DNA of 54,911 nt, counting the filler, from Catajapyx aquilonaris (taxonomy: Eukaryota): the NCBI GenBank assembly GCA_000934665.2. It is 3 parts of 3 records of this genome, joined end to end, with 100 filler letters (N's around TTAATTAATTAA, not from the genome) between each part and the next. Parts side by side here need not be neighbours in the genome. Positions count along the whole stretch, not along the records: positions 1 to 18,296 come from KZ539585.1; 2 more parts are not named here. One strand, written 5' to 3'. The stretch's first letter is position 1, and each line of letters starts with the position of its first letter. Positions 1-13,905 of the stretch are shown piece after piece. Below the pieces are notes generated by a model, which saw only the letters and a list, made by a program, of their open reading frames with translations, was not told the DNA's origin and did not search any database. Made by a program: the position numbers and the translations under genes.

Positions 1-950
1 AACTGCTACTTCACAGTGAATAGTGAAGTAACTGCTACTTCACAGTGAATAGTGAAGTAACTGCTACTTCACAGTGAATAGTGAAGTAACTGCTACTCTA
101 CAGTGAATAGTGAAGTAACTGCTACTTCACAGTGAATAGTGAAGTAACTGCTACTTCACTATACACTATACATACAAGTAACTGCTACTTCACTATACAC
201 TATACATACAAGTAACTGCTACTTCACAGTGAATAGTGAAGTAACTGCTATTTATTCACAGCGAACAAATGTAGAAAGTGCGAATTCACTGCAAGAGCAG
301 GTCCAGTTACGGAGATTTCATGCTAGTGGACAAATAACGGTGATTTCACGCTAGCGGACAAATAACTGTTATTTCATTAGCATGTCCAGTAACTGTTGTC
401 ACTCTAATATCATGATAGCAACGGCGATTTCATTTTAATTAAGGGTCAACTAATAGCTTTCATGAATTGCAGGTCCAACAAAAGCAAGAAGTTATTTCAC
501 CCTAATAGACGACCAACTGACAGCTATAGTTAGTTCCAATAGCGGTCAAAACGGCGATTTCACGTTAATGGGTAAATAATTGCTATTTTACTGACTTGTC
601 CAGTAGTTGTTATGTCAGTCTGAAAGGAGTCAAGCAACGGTAACTTCACTCTAATAAAGGGTAAACTAATGGCTATTTCACTCCTAGAATGCCTAATAAC
701 GGTTAGTCCCCATGTCACCCTAATCGAGGGTAAACTAACGGCAATTTCATTCCAATATCAGGTCAAGTAACGTCTATGTAACTCTGAAGTCAGTCAAATA
801 ACGCTGATTCTATTCTGATTGGTCAAATAACCGCTCCACTAATACCACTTCCAGTAACTGTTATTTCACTGGAATATGTCAACTAACATCTATTTCATTA
901 ACATCAGGTTGAGTAACGGCTATTTTACTACTATTAAGAGCTGCTAATAA
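1..950. repeat. 29-bp minisatellite (AACTGCTACTTCACAGTGAATAGTGAAGT) grading into degenerate copies
   Basis: Near-perfect tandem units at 1-250, including two 34-bp variant units. Degenerate 'AAC..TATTTCAC' units continue to about 950. Confidence 0.85.
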
Positions 951-2680
951 GCTGATTCCATAAATCAGCCCAATTACATTCCTACTCCAGCCTCATGCAG
1001 ACCCCGTGAGCGAAGTTCTTCCCACTCGTAGGGAGGGTGGTTGCTGCTTCGGCGCTGTTCTCCAAGTGTGGGGACTACACCAGCAGCGCCGAAGTGGCAA
1101 CACCACTCCATACAGGTGAGGACTGATGAAGGCACGCGATAACAGTGATCAGACCTCAGCGATATTTAGCACAAATAATAACTGCTTATAGCATTTGAGG
1201 CTGTTTAAAGCTGTCACTCTCAAACGTCAAAACGAGATTCCACGTTGCAACATGGCGTGACATCTTCTCAGGAAAATGGCGGCCCGCATGACTGAAACAT
1301 ACCCGTTGCCCCCCTGTAATAATCTTTGAGTAATGAGCAAAAAGGACCAGGAGACAAAAGCATCTGGTTAACCCAACCTCCCCATGCATATTCATAGCCG
1401 CATGCATGAGCGAGACGCAACAAATTGGACGCAACTTGAGCGCAACTTGTGCGCCGGGGAATTCCCCAAACGTCCCCGCATCAAGTGGACGTTAACGTAA
1501 TAAACGCTAGGGTTGGAAATAACGCCCCCCGAAAAAAATTCCAGGGTGTAACTAGGGTCCGGTAAATCTCCATACCTGAGTGCGTAGGAAGGCCAGCCGC
1601 ATTAGTGCTTAATGTTACTCCCAGGGTAATGTTTCCAACTCTAGCTCCACCCCCTTTGGCTCTTTCTCTCTCTCTCTCCTCCAACTTTCGCCAACTCGAT
1701 TCTGCAGGACACACTTTGCATCTCTCGCCTGCAGGGGCTTTGACAAAGTCCTCCGTCGCGCGTCTAATTCAATCGGGGGAACACCTAAGCGGCAAATATG
1801 TTCGGAGATAGTGCGTTTATAGAGAGGGAGGAGGGGGGAGGAGGGAGGGAGGGAGGGAATCCCCGGGGAACTTAACCCAGGGAGGCAAGTTAGGCCGGAG
1901 CAAAGTTGTGACTCGCATCCAAGTCGGGGGGGGGGGGGNGTCATTAGCGCGCTTGTGAACATGTTTGAGGGTGGGCGTTTACAAGTAGGAAATTATGAAG
2001 GGGGGGTAAATGGGAGAAGGTGTGGCGTAAAAAAGCGAGTAATTTGCTCTAAAATGGCGGATTTTTAGAGCGAATATACAGGTTTCAAGCGATAAATTCG
2101 ATCAAATGTATAGCGTGGTACAAAATTCAGCTGTTGCGATTTTTGCACTAAACTGCTTATTTAAGCAGCTATTTCGACGGCATGATTAGTAATAAGCATT
2201 AGTAAAGTTACTATTATACTTATCAGTTACAAATAAGTAAAGTTACAAATATTAGTTACTAATACTTATCAGTAGAGTAGTTACCAATTAGTAACTGTTA
2301 ACTTTTCAGTAGCTGTTAATTTGTCAGTAGCTATTTACTGGTAATTAATTTGTATTAGTAACTGATAAGTTAATAATACAATACATATCAGCAACTAATA
2401 AATATTAGTAGCTACTTATTAGCTACTAATATCATGTTTAATACCGATATGTGCCAATTTTTCAGAATTCACAAGGCACATTTATAATTCACCTGAGACT
2501 AATATTAGCAGCTAACAACTAAGAGTAACTGCTTAATAATAAGCAGGTTGCAGTAAGTGCAAAAAGTTGCGGGACAAACATGTGAGGGATGTGGTAGGCC
2601 TACGACGTGGACAGACAGCCGTAATATTTGCCTTTTACTATAACTGATACGTACAGTACGTGTAGATAATATAATATAAT

Positions 2681-2966
2681 AATAATAATATCTTACCCCG
2701 TTATCAGCCTTTTTCGGCTCTTTAGGGGGGATTTTTGTTTTGTCTGGAACTCTTGCGTACATTTTTACTTTGCTTTTTGGGATAGGGTAGGGAAGGAAGG
2801 AGGCGGCTGTGGCCTATTAATTTAGGAAGCGACCCCGGAATTCTCCTGGAGGGACCGTGGGAAACCACAGAAAACCACGGTTAGAGTTGCCGGCCCCGGG
2901 GCTCGAACCCAGGACCTCCCGATTAGCAGTCGGACCCTGTAGCCACTCCACCAAACTGCTTCGGTC
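2681..2966 (-). mobile_element. tRNA-derived SINE (Talua/Lm1-like insect type)
   Basis: The minus strand has an A-box (TGGTGGAGTGG), a B-box (GGTTCGAGCCC) and a short (TTA)n tail. A 15-bp TSD ATAATATAATATAAT lies at 2666-2680 and 2967-2981. The family name is from recalled resemblance only. Confidence 0.85.
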
Positions 2967-3986
2967 ATAATATAATATAATTATGCGAATATGTCATCAG
3001 TTAGTACACCTGCAGTTCAGGGTAAAGTAACAGCTTATAACACAGGACGATCGGATCACAATCTGCAAACAAAATTTTGCATGTTCCGGAAACCCCCCAA
3101 AAAATTGGCATAAAAAATATTGCATTAACAGGACCCAAATCACGTCCTGCGGTCCCGGAGTTTACCCAAACCTGACCGCAACAAATCCGGGTAAAAACAC
3201 TCCAACAGTTTAGGCCTACCTAAATCACACATATTTGCACCACACCCACTCCCCCATCATGAAGACCCACCCAACCATTTATCCGGGGGAACATGTGCAT
3301 CAATCCATTGTCGCCCAGAATGCGATCCGGAGAATCCGGGGGAAAATCGAGCAGAAAATTAGCGTTGGGGAATTAAACGGGGCGTTTCTTATCCGGATCC
3401 GCTGTGCTTAATCCGGATCCAGAGATTTCGGGTCGCAGCATCTCATTAACCCTACCTTGACAGGCTTTCCACGTATAGTTGGAGGGCCTAAATCACCGCT
3501 GTTGTTTATTCGTAACAGTTACAAAAAAAATGTAGCAGTCACTGCTAAATTTTGAGGCCAGAATAGGGCTTAATTTAACGATTTTCTAAAATAAATTTTA
3601 AAATTTATAATGGAAGTTTTCTATAGAGTCTACGTACTAGTTGTAATGACAACTATCATTGTGGAGTGTCTAAACGCCAAAATAGTTACTTCTTGTGCTA
3701 ATGAGTTGCTGTCAAATGTAGATGTTGCATTTAGCTGCTTAGTATATTGCCAATATATGCTTATTTTGTAACCGCCTAATTAACAAATGTAGCTATTTAT
3801 TTGTACCACTTATAACCCCATTTCCTCATTGTAGTAGCTGCTAATTTATCAACAGTTAATTATGAGCAATGGTTATTTTAACACAATTTGATACTCCGCT
3901 TGCTTCTAACCTTTTCGTAGCTGCTAAATTAATAAATGGCGATTTATTGGTAGCGGTTACTTTTAACGATATTTGACCATTAGCAA

Positions 3987-4155
3987 CTGCTAACCTTTCA
4001 GTATCTGTTAATTTGTCCGTGGTTATTTATTGGTAACTGCTACTTTTACCAATGTTTTCAAACGAGCTGCTAACCTTTCAGTAGCTGTTAATTTGTCCGT
4101 AGTTATTTATTGGTAACTGCTACTTTTACCAATGTTTTCAAACGAGCTGCTAACT
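3987..4155. repeat. 80-bp tandem duplication inside an AT-rich degenerate array
   Basis: CTGCTAACCTTTCAGT...TTTTCAAACGAG is repeated at about 3987 and 4067. Confidence 0.8.
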
Positions 4156-5239
4156 TATTTGAAGCTGCTAATTTATCATCAGAGAGGTAACAGTTATTTT
4201 AACACTCGTTTCTAATTCGTAGCTTATATAACCTTTCAGTACATACTGCTAAATTATCAATAGCTACTAATAATTTCTCAAACAACACTTGAGTTCAGAA
4301 TTGCAAACCAACAATTCAATATCACTAGGAACAACTTTTGATAAACATTATTGTGACACAGTTGACATTGTTGACTTGCAAAAAAATAATACCACTGTTG
4401 TCCATATGTATGTCTTTTCACAGAGTCTATGAAACATACCTGTGCGCTTGTATAATTCAAGGGGGCTAAAAAAAAGGTGTCGTTTTGTCAACGAATATAT
4501 TATGCAAATGAAAGGCAATTCATGACGAGAGAGAGCGTTGGCAAAAGAGCCGACAAAAATTAACGGTTAAAAGCGCCAGCAATTTGTCAAGCTAAGAGTA
4601 AACGTCCATAAAAAGTGCGAGCTGTCATACTAAATGGATGAACCCTGAAATATTTACATCCGCTCATTTTTTTCTCTCCCTCTAGCCTAGAGGCTTGTAG
4701 TAGCCTAGTAAACGTCTACAGGTTGTTCCAAAAGTGCACATTACTTGAAATAGTTTTCTTATATGACTTTTTCTGTCCACGTGTGTAGTATCCATGTCGA
4801 TTATGCAACACTGCAAAGTTAGGTGGCAATAATGGGCTGAGCCTTCATCCAGGCTTAATCAAGAGAAATGAGCCGCATCCTCTCTCCCTCACCCTTCCTT
4901 CCCCCTCCTCTCCCTGCAGGATAAGCTTGATTATGTGCCATGTTGCTCCACGGACTTAACCTGCCTCTGACTTTTCATTTTCCTGATGGATATTTGGCAA
5001 GGGAGACCAAGGGAAGCGTTATACGCGTCTATGTTTATCCTACAATAAAAGGATAGGTTTTAAAGCACGCTCTCTACAGTGGCGTATGAATACACAATAA
5101 GACACGCACTAATTTTTGATACGCGGATGGCTCTCACGCAAAACAGATTTATCATTCAAATCCAGTTTTCGTAACGCGATAAAAGTCAACCAAAATTAAG
5201 ATAAATCGCTCCCCCGTTTTTTTTGAGCGTTAAAAATTA

Positions 5240-5945
5240 TTAGGCTGATTGGCCAAAATGGAACTATTTCTTGACACGCGGAGGGCTTCAAGAAGATCAT
5301 AAATACTAATTAGCAATAGTTGTAGCAGTAACATACACTGAGATAAATCTTTCGGCCATTTTTTTCACAAAAATTAAGTTCAAAAATAATTATCAGTGCT
5401 GATTGGCCAAATCGGCGAAGGGATACACCCGCGCCCTATTTCTCGACACGCGGAGGGCTCAATAATGCAATTTACCAACTGCTTTAACTAGCCTTAAAAA
5501 TTTGCAGATATTGCGATAAATATTTGTTTTAATACCGTATCCATCAAATATTGAGCACTGATTAGCCGAAACAGCGGAGGGATATACAGTATGGTAGATA
5601 TTGTGATAAATATTTAGTCCACTTTTCACTAAATTTGAGTGCTGATTGGCTGACATGGTGGAGGGGTACGCAGTATGGCTGCCTCGCCCTATTTCTCGGC
5701 ACCCTTAGGGCTCATTAGTATAACTTAGCTGTTTTAACAATATTGAGATAAATATTTACTCCATATTTCGTCCAAAATTTAGTAGGGGAGGGCTAAGAGG
5801 GCTGATTGGCCGAAATGGCGGAGGGATACACAGCACGGCCCTATTTCTCGACACGCGGAGGGCTCATTAATACGATTTACCAACTGTTATACAGCCCTAA
5901 AAATCCGCAGACACTGAGATAAATCTCTCCTCCATTTTTCTCCTC
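5240..5945. repeat. Degenerate tandem repeat of about 150-200 bp carrying GCTGATTGGCC and CTATTTCTCGACACGCGGAGGGCTCA
   Basis: The motifs recur near 5244, 5397, 5556, 5640 and 5800. Confidence 0.75.
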
Positions 5946-6559
5946 CCCTTAAGATTGGCTAGAAAAAGAAGAAGAACGCCCTCTGGAAGGAAATGCTTCC
6001 TAATGCGAAACGCAGTCTGGGGAATTAACTAGAAATCCAGCCCAGTAAGCCTCTTTTTAGCCATTACATGCCGGGTATTAACATGTTCCTCAAGGAGCTT
6101 CCAGGCTTGGTGGGGGTAGTAAGTAAAGCGGATGGAGAAAAACGTGTCCATGACAAGGTAAGACTCGGGATATGCTAGGGACTGAAAAGGCTTCTCGCCT
6201 CCAGTGTGACACGTTGATGCCGTTGGAAGGTTCGTCATTGGAGTCTAATGTGATTTAGTTAGCTTGGAGGGAATGGAATGATCCTAGAGGCTGCTTTGTT
6301 CGCTTACACTAAATCACTGCTGGGAGCGTTTGAAAGGCAAATTGGAAACGACAGAGGGAAAACGAGATTTACAAAACCCGCAGCCAAACTCGGCCCCCCC
6401 AGCTTTTGTCAGCGTCACTCCAACTTTCGGCCTCCTGACTTCAGGAATTTACGAGGCCCCCTGTGCTGCGAGCAGAAAACGTTTTCATATATAGCGCTCG
6501 GCCGCAATGCCACCGGATTGCACACAATCCGGGACGAGAGAAGCAGCTACCAAACGTGA

Positions 6560-6995
6560 GGGAATCCCTCCGGCCAGCCAATGGAATCCTCTTTAGGGAG
6601 AATATGAATGGTTCCGGAAGAAACAGCCCAAACCAGAGGAAGAAACATTGTGGATGGCACCTCTTCGAAGAGAAGCACATCCTGTGCAGATTCTCACCGG
6701 AGGCGAGCCTTTCCGGTATGGTTTCCCTCCTGGGTATGGCGCATCTCCAATAATTAGAGGCAAACCTGTGCGGTTTCTCCTCGGTGAGAAGCACAACCAG
6801 TTAGGAGCCTCGCCAGAGAGAAGCCTTACAGGTATGGTTTCTCTCCTGAATGTTTTTCTCCAATCAGAGGCCACCTGTACGGTTCCTCCCCCGAGAGATT
6901 AAAATTTATCTACCGATCTATCAGAATACCTACCTATTTATCTATTTATCTCTGTCTGTCTGTCTGTCTGTCGGTCTGTCTGTCTGTCTATCTGT
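6560..6995. repeat. GC-rich tandem duplication of about 120 bp followed by a (CTAT)/(CTGT)n microsatellite
   Basis: GGTATGGTTTC...CTCCAAT..AGAGGC..CCTGT.CGGTT occurs twice (about 6715 and 6831). The tetranucleotide tract spans 6905-6995. Confidence 0.65.
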
Positions 6996-8157
6996 TGTAA
7001 CTATTAATTCAATAATTTTATTTATGTGCTTCATTCGCGACACTTACACGATATGGCCTACTCGTCCACACTTGTAGCATCCAATCTGTGCTGCCCTCTG
7101 TATAACCGCTACTCAGTCGTCCAAGGTTCAATCTTTTTAATCTATCTATCTCTCTGCAGTATGCATTTATTTAATATAATAACTGTATGCATTTGCTTTA
7201 CAATATTAACGACACACTTGCACGATATGGCCTACTCGCCCACACTAGTAACACCCAATCAGTACTGCCCTCTGGATAACCGCTACTCAATCGTCCAGAT
7301 TCCTCAATGGTTCCAAACAACTCGAAACATCTTTTCGGTCCTCTTGAACTCGGGTACGTGACCTGTGACCCGACGCAAGGGGGCCATAACACTTTCAAAA
7401 AAAAGGCGAATCCCTGCGAAATGGCCTGGGCTGTAAAGAGAGACGAGAAGGTGATCGATCCTCCAGATGATACAGTTAAAAGGTTAACTACAGACGGTCG
7501 TATCGGCGATTTTATCGCTTCCAGTATAAATAGAAAAGGGTCTTACTTAAATCCTGGGGTATTTCCAACTGGAACTTTCCATAACTCCGGTGCTCCACTT
7601 CGGGGGGGCAGGAGTTAAAACTAAGTGGATAAAATTTTACTATTCTAATGGTGGTTTTAAGCGCGGTTTTGTAACCGCGATTTAGAGCTAACAAGACGCA
7701 AAAGTTTGGGTCCTTAAAACCGCTGATTAACCGATGGGTTACATTCCGCGGTTACTAGACTCCCGAATTTTAGGGAAGGGGGTTTCCCCGCAACTTCATC
7801 TGCAAATTCCTGGAGGTCGACTTTTGTTGGCCGCAAGAGGGCTTAAAGGGGCCGGGCTAAATAGTGCGGGAGTAATAGTTTTGCCATAACTCATTCTGCG
7901 TAGTCGAGTGATTGCGATGTAATTGCCAGGATTTGGAGAATGTTCGCTCTGCGTGTGGTCGGAAATGGAGCGGTTATGAGTGGCGTGAAGTTGCTTATCT
8001 CTCGAGTATTATCAGGTTAGGTTAATCGGCAGAGCGGTAGAGATAACCTGACCGAACACGTAAACTCTAACGGGAAAATGAGCGAAAATGTGAACGATAA
8101 CGTGAACAACATTTAAGAACGCTAGAAAGTGACATGGCAAGTGCACTGCTAATGGAC

Positions 8158-8535
8158 GCTACTAAGGCAGTAACTAATGCTAATAAAAGCTACTAAGGCA
8201 GTAACTAATGCTAATAAAAGCTACTAAGGCAGTAACTAATGCTAATAAAAGCTACTAAGGCAGCAACTAATGCTAATAAAAGCTACTAAGACAGTAACTA
8301 CTGTTAAAAGAAAGTCAACTACACATACTCACTGACACTGATAACTGTTATAAGCCTGTTAGTGCTGCTAATAGCACCTACTAGAGCGATCACTGTTGCT
8401 AATAGCACCTACTAGAGCGATCACTGTTGCTAATAGCACCTACTAGAGCGATCACTGTTGCTAATAGCACCTACTAGAGCGATCACTGTTGCTAATAGCA
8501 CCTACTAGAGCGATCACTGTTGCTAATAGCATCAA
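8158..8535. repeat. Two adjacent 31-bp minisatellites
   Basis: GCTACTAAGGCAGTAACTAATGCTAATAAAA occurs about 4.5 times (8158-8300). TGCTAATAGCACCTACTAGAGCGATCACTGT occurs about 5 times (8366-8531). Confidence 0.92.
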
Positions 8536-8834
8536 TTAAAGCAGTCACAACTTCTAAGGGCCGATACTACCTCAATCCTTATTGATAATAGCGGCTACTA
8601 AAACTCACTGTGGCTTAAAAGCTGCTACTAAGCATATTACTACTACCAATAGCAGCGATTAAGGCAAGTCACTACTGCTATGAACAACTAACTACTGAGT
8701 ATCTGTCCAATAAGAAGACATTTAGTCAGTCACTAGTGGTGGTTACTGCTATCTTAGCAGTGGGAGTGCCAACACTGGTACTGCTAAAGTTAGCAGTGCC
8801 TAGCAGTGAGGCGAAAATTCCACCCACTGTCTCT

Positions 8835-9530
8835 AATAGCAGATACTAAGGCAGTCACTAGTGATAATAATAACAGCTACTAAGTCAGTCACTATAATAA
8901 CAACTAAGGCAGTTACTAGCGATAATAACAACTACTAAGGCAGTCATTAGTGATAGCTACTAAGGCAGTCACTAGTGATAGTAACAGCTACTAAGGCAGT
9001 CACTAGTGATAATAACAGCTACTAAGGCAGCCACTATAATAACAGCTAAGGCAGCCACTATAATAACAGCTAAGGCAGCCACTATAATAACACCTAAGGC
9101 AGTTACTATCGATAATAACAGCTAAGGCAGTTACTATCGATAATAATAGCTAAGGCAGTTACTATCGATAATAACAGCTACTAAGGCCGTCGCTATAATA
9201 ACAGCTAAGGCAGTCATTAGTGATAATAATCGCTACTAAGGCAGTCACTAGTGATAATAACCACTACTAAGGCAGTCACTAGTGATAATAACAGCTACTA
9301 AGGCAGCCACTATAATAACAGCTAAGGCAGTTACTATCGATAATAACAGCTACTAAGGCAGTCGCTTTAATAACAGCTAAGGCAGTTACTATCGATAATA
9401 ACAGCTACTAAGGCAGTCGCTATAATAACAGCTAAGGCAGTAATTAGTGATAATAATCGCTACTAAGGCAGTCACTAGTGATAATAACCACTACTAAGGC
9501 AGTCACTAGTGATAATAACAGCTACTAAAT
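8835..9530. repeat. Composite 22-31 bp minisatellite with higher-order duplication
   Basis: Units are variants of TAAGGCAGTCACTAGTGATAATAACAGCTAC. The multi-unit block at about 9206-9300 is repeated at about 9434-9527. Confidence 0.9.
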
Positions 9531-12500
9531 AAACTATTTTCATTCATATTAATTTTAATCCTGTACAGACAGGCCTAATTTGAGCGACCTTTCATTTACC
9601 ACCCAAGCAAATAACAGCACATCATTGGCCAACCAGCACATGCGAGTATGTGAAGCAAAGGACTGGGTTGAAGCCAGAGAGAGTCAGGTTGTAGAGAGGG
9701 GATTCAAGTAAAGGCTGGACATTTACACTCCCGTCACATTCTGGCCTTGGTTGGAGCTGCGGACAGATTGCAAACACTCGCGCCTTTTTTGCGCCCAAGC
9801 CAGGGGGTGGAGAGGGAAAAGGGGGAAGGAAGGAAGGAAGAGGTGGGGAGGCCGTCTGCCTTCTGAATGAGATCCTCCACCCCCCCCCCCCCCCCCCCCC
9901 CCCCCNAAGCTCAGGCGACATCTGCCAGGGACTCCAGCAAGATGCCACACTTACTCCAATACTGCACTGCAGCCATGGTACACCTTCCTCCAAAATAATC
10001 ATTTCGAAAAAAAAGTCCAAACTGGTGACTATACCTACGTACATTTTTGCACGTGTGTGTACAATCAGGCTGCAGGTATTGGGTGCACGGGGAGCGCGAG
10101 CTGCATAAGGAATGCGGTTGGGCAATATTGTCTGTTTCCTCGTGGAATGACCCCGGCCCCGATATGAGGTCAGATTGAGCCATCCGATTGGTTGTTTCGG
10201 ATGGGAAATGGTCAGGGGGCGTTTATGGCTGCCCGGGATCTGGCTGGGGAAAGAGTCGGACACACTCTCCAGGGGTTTGCAGTGGACAAAATATACAGAG
10301 TGGTACAACCTAATATGATCGACTAATACCAGTTTGGTTATCATTAAGCAATTACAGGCTGTAACAGTTACAGAAATTGATGGTAATTAATTTTACGCCT
10401 TAATAATAGGAGGCCCCGCACTTTTACATATTTTCCCAGGCGTGTATCTGCTGAAGGATAGGGTATCCGCAGAAGGATATGAGTGTATCCATTGGAAAGA
10501 AAGGCTATAGGTTATGGGGTAGGTTGGTGCAGAGTGCCCCTACCTCTGCCATATTAGGTCTTCCATTGCGAAAGTCCTTCCTACCAGTGACTGTTACCTG
10601 TTACTAGCAAATGGTTATAATCGAGATATTATAACTTGCAGTATACCCACCACATAACTTCTCGGCGCGGCGACCTCTGCCTCTCCACTCCCCCACCAGA
10701 CACCCTAAGCGATCTGATTGGTGGAGCAGAGGGCGAGGGGGGGCACTTTTCCACCAATCAGATCGCTTAGGGAATGGTGGGTACAGTGAGGTCCATAAGA
10801 AATTCCTTTTTGAGAGAGATTCAATTTAGTTATTTTTAAGCATTTATAGTTGAAGCTTTTTTTAATGATGAAAATCGCTAACAGTTACATCTAATGGTTA
10901 TGGATAAGGACTAAGCAGTTGGTTTTTAACAGAGATACAGGGAAAGGTTGGAGAGTTACTATTAAACAGTTTGTTTCAGTTTCAATAAAATGGCTAGGGT
11001 TATAATAGTAGCCCCCTCTGAAGCAGTTGGTTATGCTTATATTATATTAAGTCGTATAGAGAGTTGCAGGACAATGCGTTATAACTTTATTAAACGATTT
11101 ACGATCCCTGTAGAAAATGGTTATGATATAATCGTCGCATTTATGAAACCATTAGCATAGTGACAGTTACGGTTACGATCATAAAATTTGATTAAGCCGC
11201 TATTTTAAATTGCTTCAATCATAATCTAACAGCTACTTCCTACTTGTATATTAGTCCTGGCTTGAGTTTGTCAAGAACTTTTTAGTGAATAGTTGTATAT
11301 TATACTCATGAAATTGGCGTGACCTTTGAACTTGAATATAACTGTTGCACTGTACCACTATGCAGTACTGTAATTACAAGTTTTGATGAATTTTTGGTCA
11401 TGTATTTTCCAATGGATCAGTTTGCGTTGCAGCTTAATTAAACCAAGCCAGGGCCAGTAAATCTGAATTTAAAACATAATATTCCATATGGCACATATTG
11501 CAGCATGTACTGCTGCATTATGCCACTTTCAATGCGGCACGTTATGTACAGTATGTGTGCTTAACATCCTCCGGGACGTCGGCAAGCCCATCAAATATTT
11601 AAATTTTTTATGCCAATTTATTACAGCATTACAGTTTGTCAAAATTCTACTGGCAAAACTACAAGGTGGTCCAATCCTATTGTTATCAAAATTCTCCTTG
11701 TAGAAAATTCTAAAGTTCAAAGTGCATAAATATGTCACTATTATTTTGAATAGTGGCTATTTTTTATATCGGCTAACAGCAGTTGGTATCACTGGAATCG
11801 CAAAAACAAATTCAACAAAACTGTTTGAACAAAAACTAGCTAATATTGTAATGCATTGCTTAACTACTGTCATAATCACATGGACTAAAATAACTTACAA
11901 AATAATACACATTTTTGTAAATAATCATTGGGCAAAATAACTGTGAACGGATAAATAACCATGTAGGACAATAACTATTATTGACTATATAATGTTACTG
12001 ACTAATAACTAGTATCGGTTACCAATAACTAATATGGGCTACCAATAACTAATATTGGCTAAAATAACTATTATAATTGCACAAATATTGTAGGATAGGA
12101 CGGTAAACATGATGGACAATAGCTATCATTGACAAAATAATATTACTGACTAATAGTAACTAATATGGACTACTATCCTGACTAAATGATATATCTTGGA
12201 CTAAAATAACCAATAAATTATTAGCCGATCATCTTTCTCCTAATCTCCGTGTGATGTTTGTCCGACCTGATAGTATCTCTATCTCTTGCACTACCTGCGA
12301 GAGTGGCAGGAGTGTGCAGAGGGCGTATGCGCCATCTATGCATGAAGAATAGTACTGCGTGGTAAATCGGCGGGCCATCTCAGTCAGCTGTTTGATTGTC
12401 ACTGCCACATACTGATTATAGGTTTAGCCAAATTTTGGCAAATGGGTTCACTAGTATGAATATATAGTTACATTTAGCAGACCCTTCATTCGAACGTGCC

Positions 12501-13436
12501 CCATTTCTCTCCCCTAGCAACAACCTGGCAACGGACATTTTGAGAGCAAAAGATGGGCCCCCAGCAGTGCCAACAATCTTGAGCCGTTCTCCCATCGCCA
12601 TTTCCGAATTCCTGATTTGCACCCCACCCTCCCACCTCACCCCCCACCATCTTCATCCGACAGACATTACCACGGGCATAATGAAAGTTTGATAAAGAAG
12701 GTGGCATATTTTGTTCGACATAGGGCGCTATGGGGGGGGGGGGGTGTCGCCGCAGAGTCCATCAGACCTCCGGAAAATCACTTCCTGTGAGAAATTGCCA
12801 CCCACCCTCACCCACCCTATACCCAGCATACTCCGAACCCCCTGATGATCTTTCCTCTCCTTAACAATTTATCCGGAGCAAGGAAACACTGTATACGTAT
12901 GTAGTGGGGGAAGGAGCCGACCGGAACCGAGGGAAGGTCTTCCCCTCTTCGAAAAAGAAAAAGAAAAAGGGAAGATGAAACGAGAAAGAATGGCCTGGTT
13001 GTGTCTTATTTCCAAGCATTGATCTCCGGAAAATAATTCCGGGGAATAGAGCCGTACAGGGTGAGTCAAAAGGTTCGGAACAACATGGATGGAATCGGAA
13101 AACGGGTTATGTCCCCATCCTCAATGAGATAATTCACTTTAAACTGTGCCTCTGTATGTCCAGGATGAGTCTAGGTGCATGTAGAAGATTAATCTTCGTC
13201 TATAATTAATTTAACAATTTAATAGTTGTAGCTAATAGATATTATAACAGTTGTAGTAAGTTAATACTGTAGTAGTCATTACAGTTGTAATTGATAGTCA
13301 GAATATGACTGTATTTATAGGTCATAATAGCAGTAGGCCTAATATTTTAGCTAATAATAGTGGCAATAATTTGGCTAGGAGTAGCCATAATATTTTAATA
13401 GTAGCAATAATATTGGCAATAATTTGGATAGGAGTA

Positions 13437-13850
13437 GCCATAATATTTTAGGTAATAGTAGCAATAATATTTTAGGCAATAGTAGCAATAATATTTTAGG
13501 TAATAGTAGCAATAATATTTTAGGTAATAGTAGCAATAATATTTTAGGTAATAGTAGCAATAATATTTTAGGTAATAGTAGCAATAATATTTTAGGTAAT
13601 AGTAGCAATAATATTTTAGGTAATAGTAGTTATAATAATTATTGTAGCTGATAGGAGCAATAATATTGCATTTTAGATAAAAGTAGCAATAATATTGTAG
13701 CTGATAGGAGAAATAATATTGTAGCTGATAGGAGAAATAATATTTTAGCTAATAGTAGCAACAATATTTTAGCTAAAAGTAGCAACAATATTTTAGCTAA
13801 TAGTGGCAACAATATTTTAACTAATAGTGGCAAAAACATTTTAGCTAATA
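13437..13850. repeat. 24-bp minisatellite (AATAATATTTTAGGTAATAGTAGC and variants)
   Basis: About 8 near-perfect units at 13437-13630, with variants to about 13850. Confidence 0.92.
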
Positions 13851-13858
13851 TAAACGAC

Positions 13859-13862
<4 letters not shown>

Positions 13863-13905
<43 letters not shown>

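Noticed and set aside
1..250. CRISPR-like 29-bp repeats
   Set aside because: The units are directly tandem with no unique spacers, the context is eukaryotic, and there are no cas genes.
7307..7618. 103-aa ORF with a plausible-looking composition
   Set aside because: No recognisable motif, it starts inside a local direct repeat, and it has no supporting neighbouring exons.
8158..9530. 31-bp repeat arrays as CRISPR or coding repeats
   Set aside because: Head-to-tail minisatellites with no unique spacers and frequent stop codons.
9622..10344. 240-aa ORF in a GC-rich island
   Set aside because: It runs through a poly-C tract containing an N, has no recognisable domain, and shows no convincing exon structure.
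13375..13905. Leu-rich and Asn-rich repeat ORFs
   Set aside because: These are translations of a 24-bp minisatellite and the (AAT)n SINE tail.
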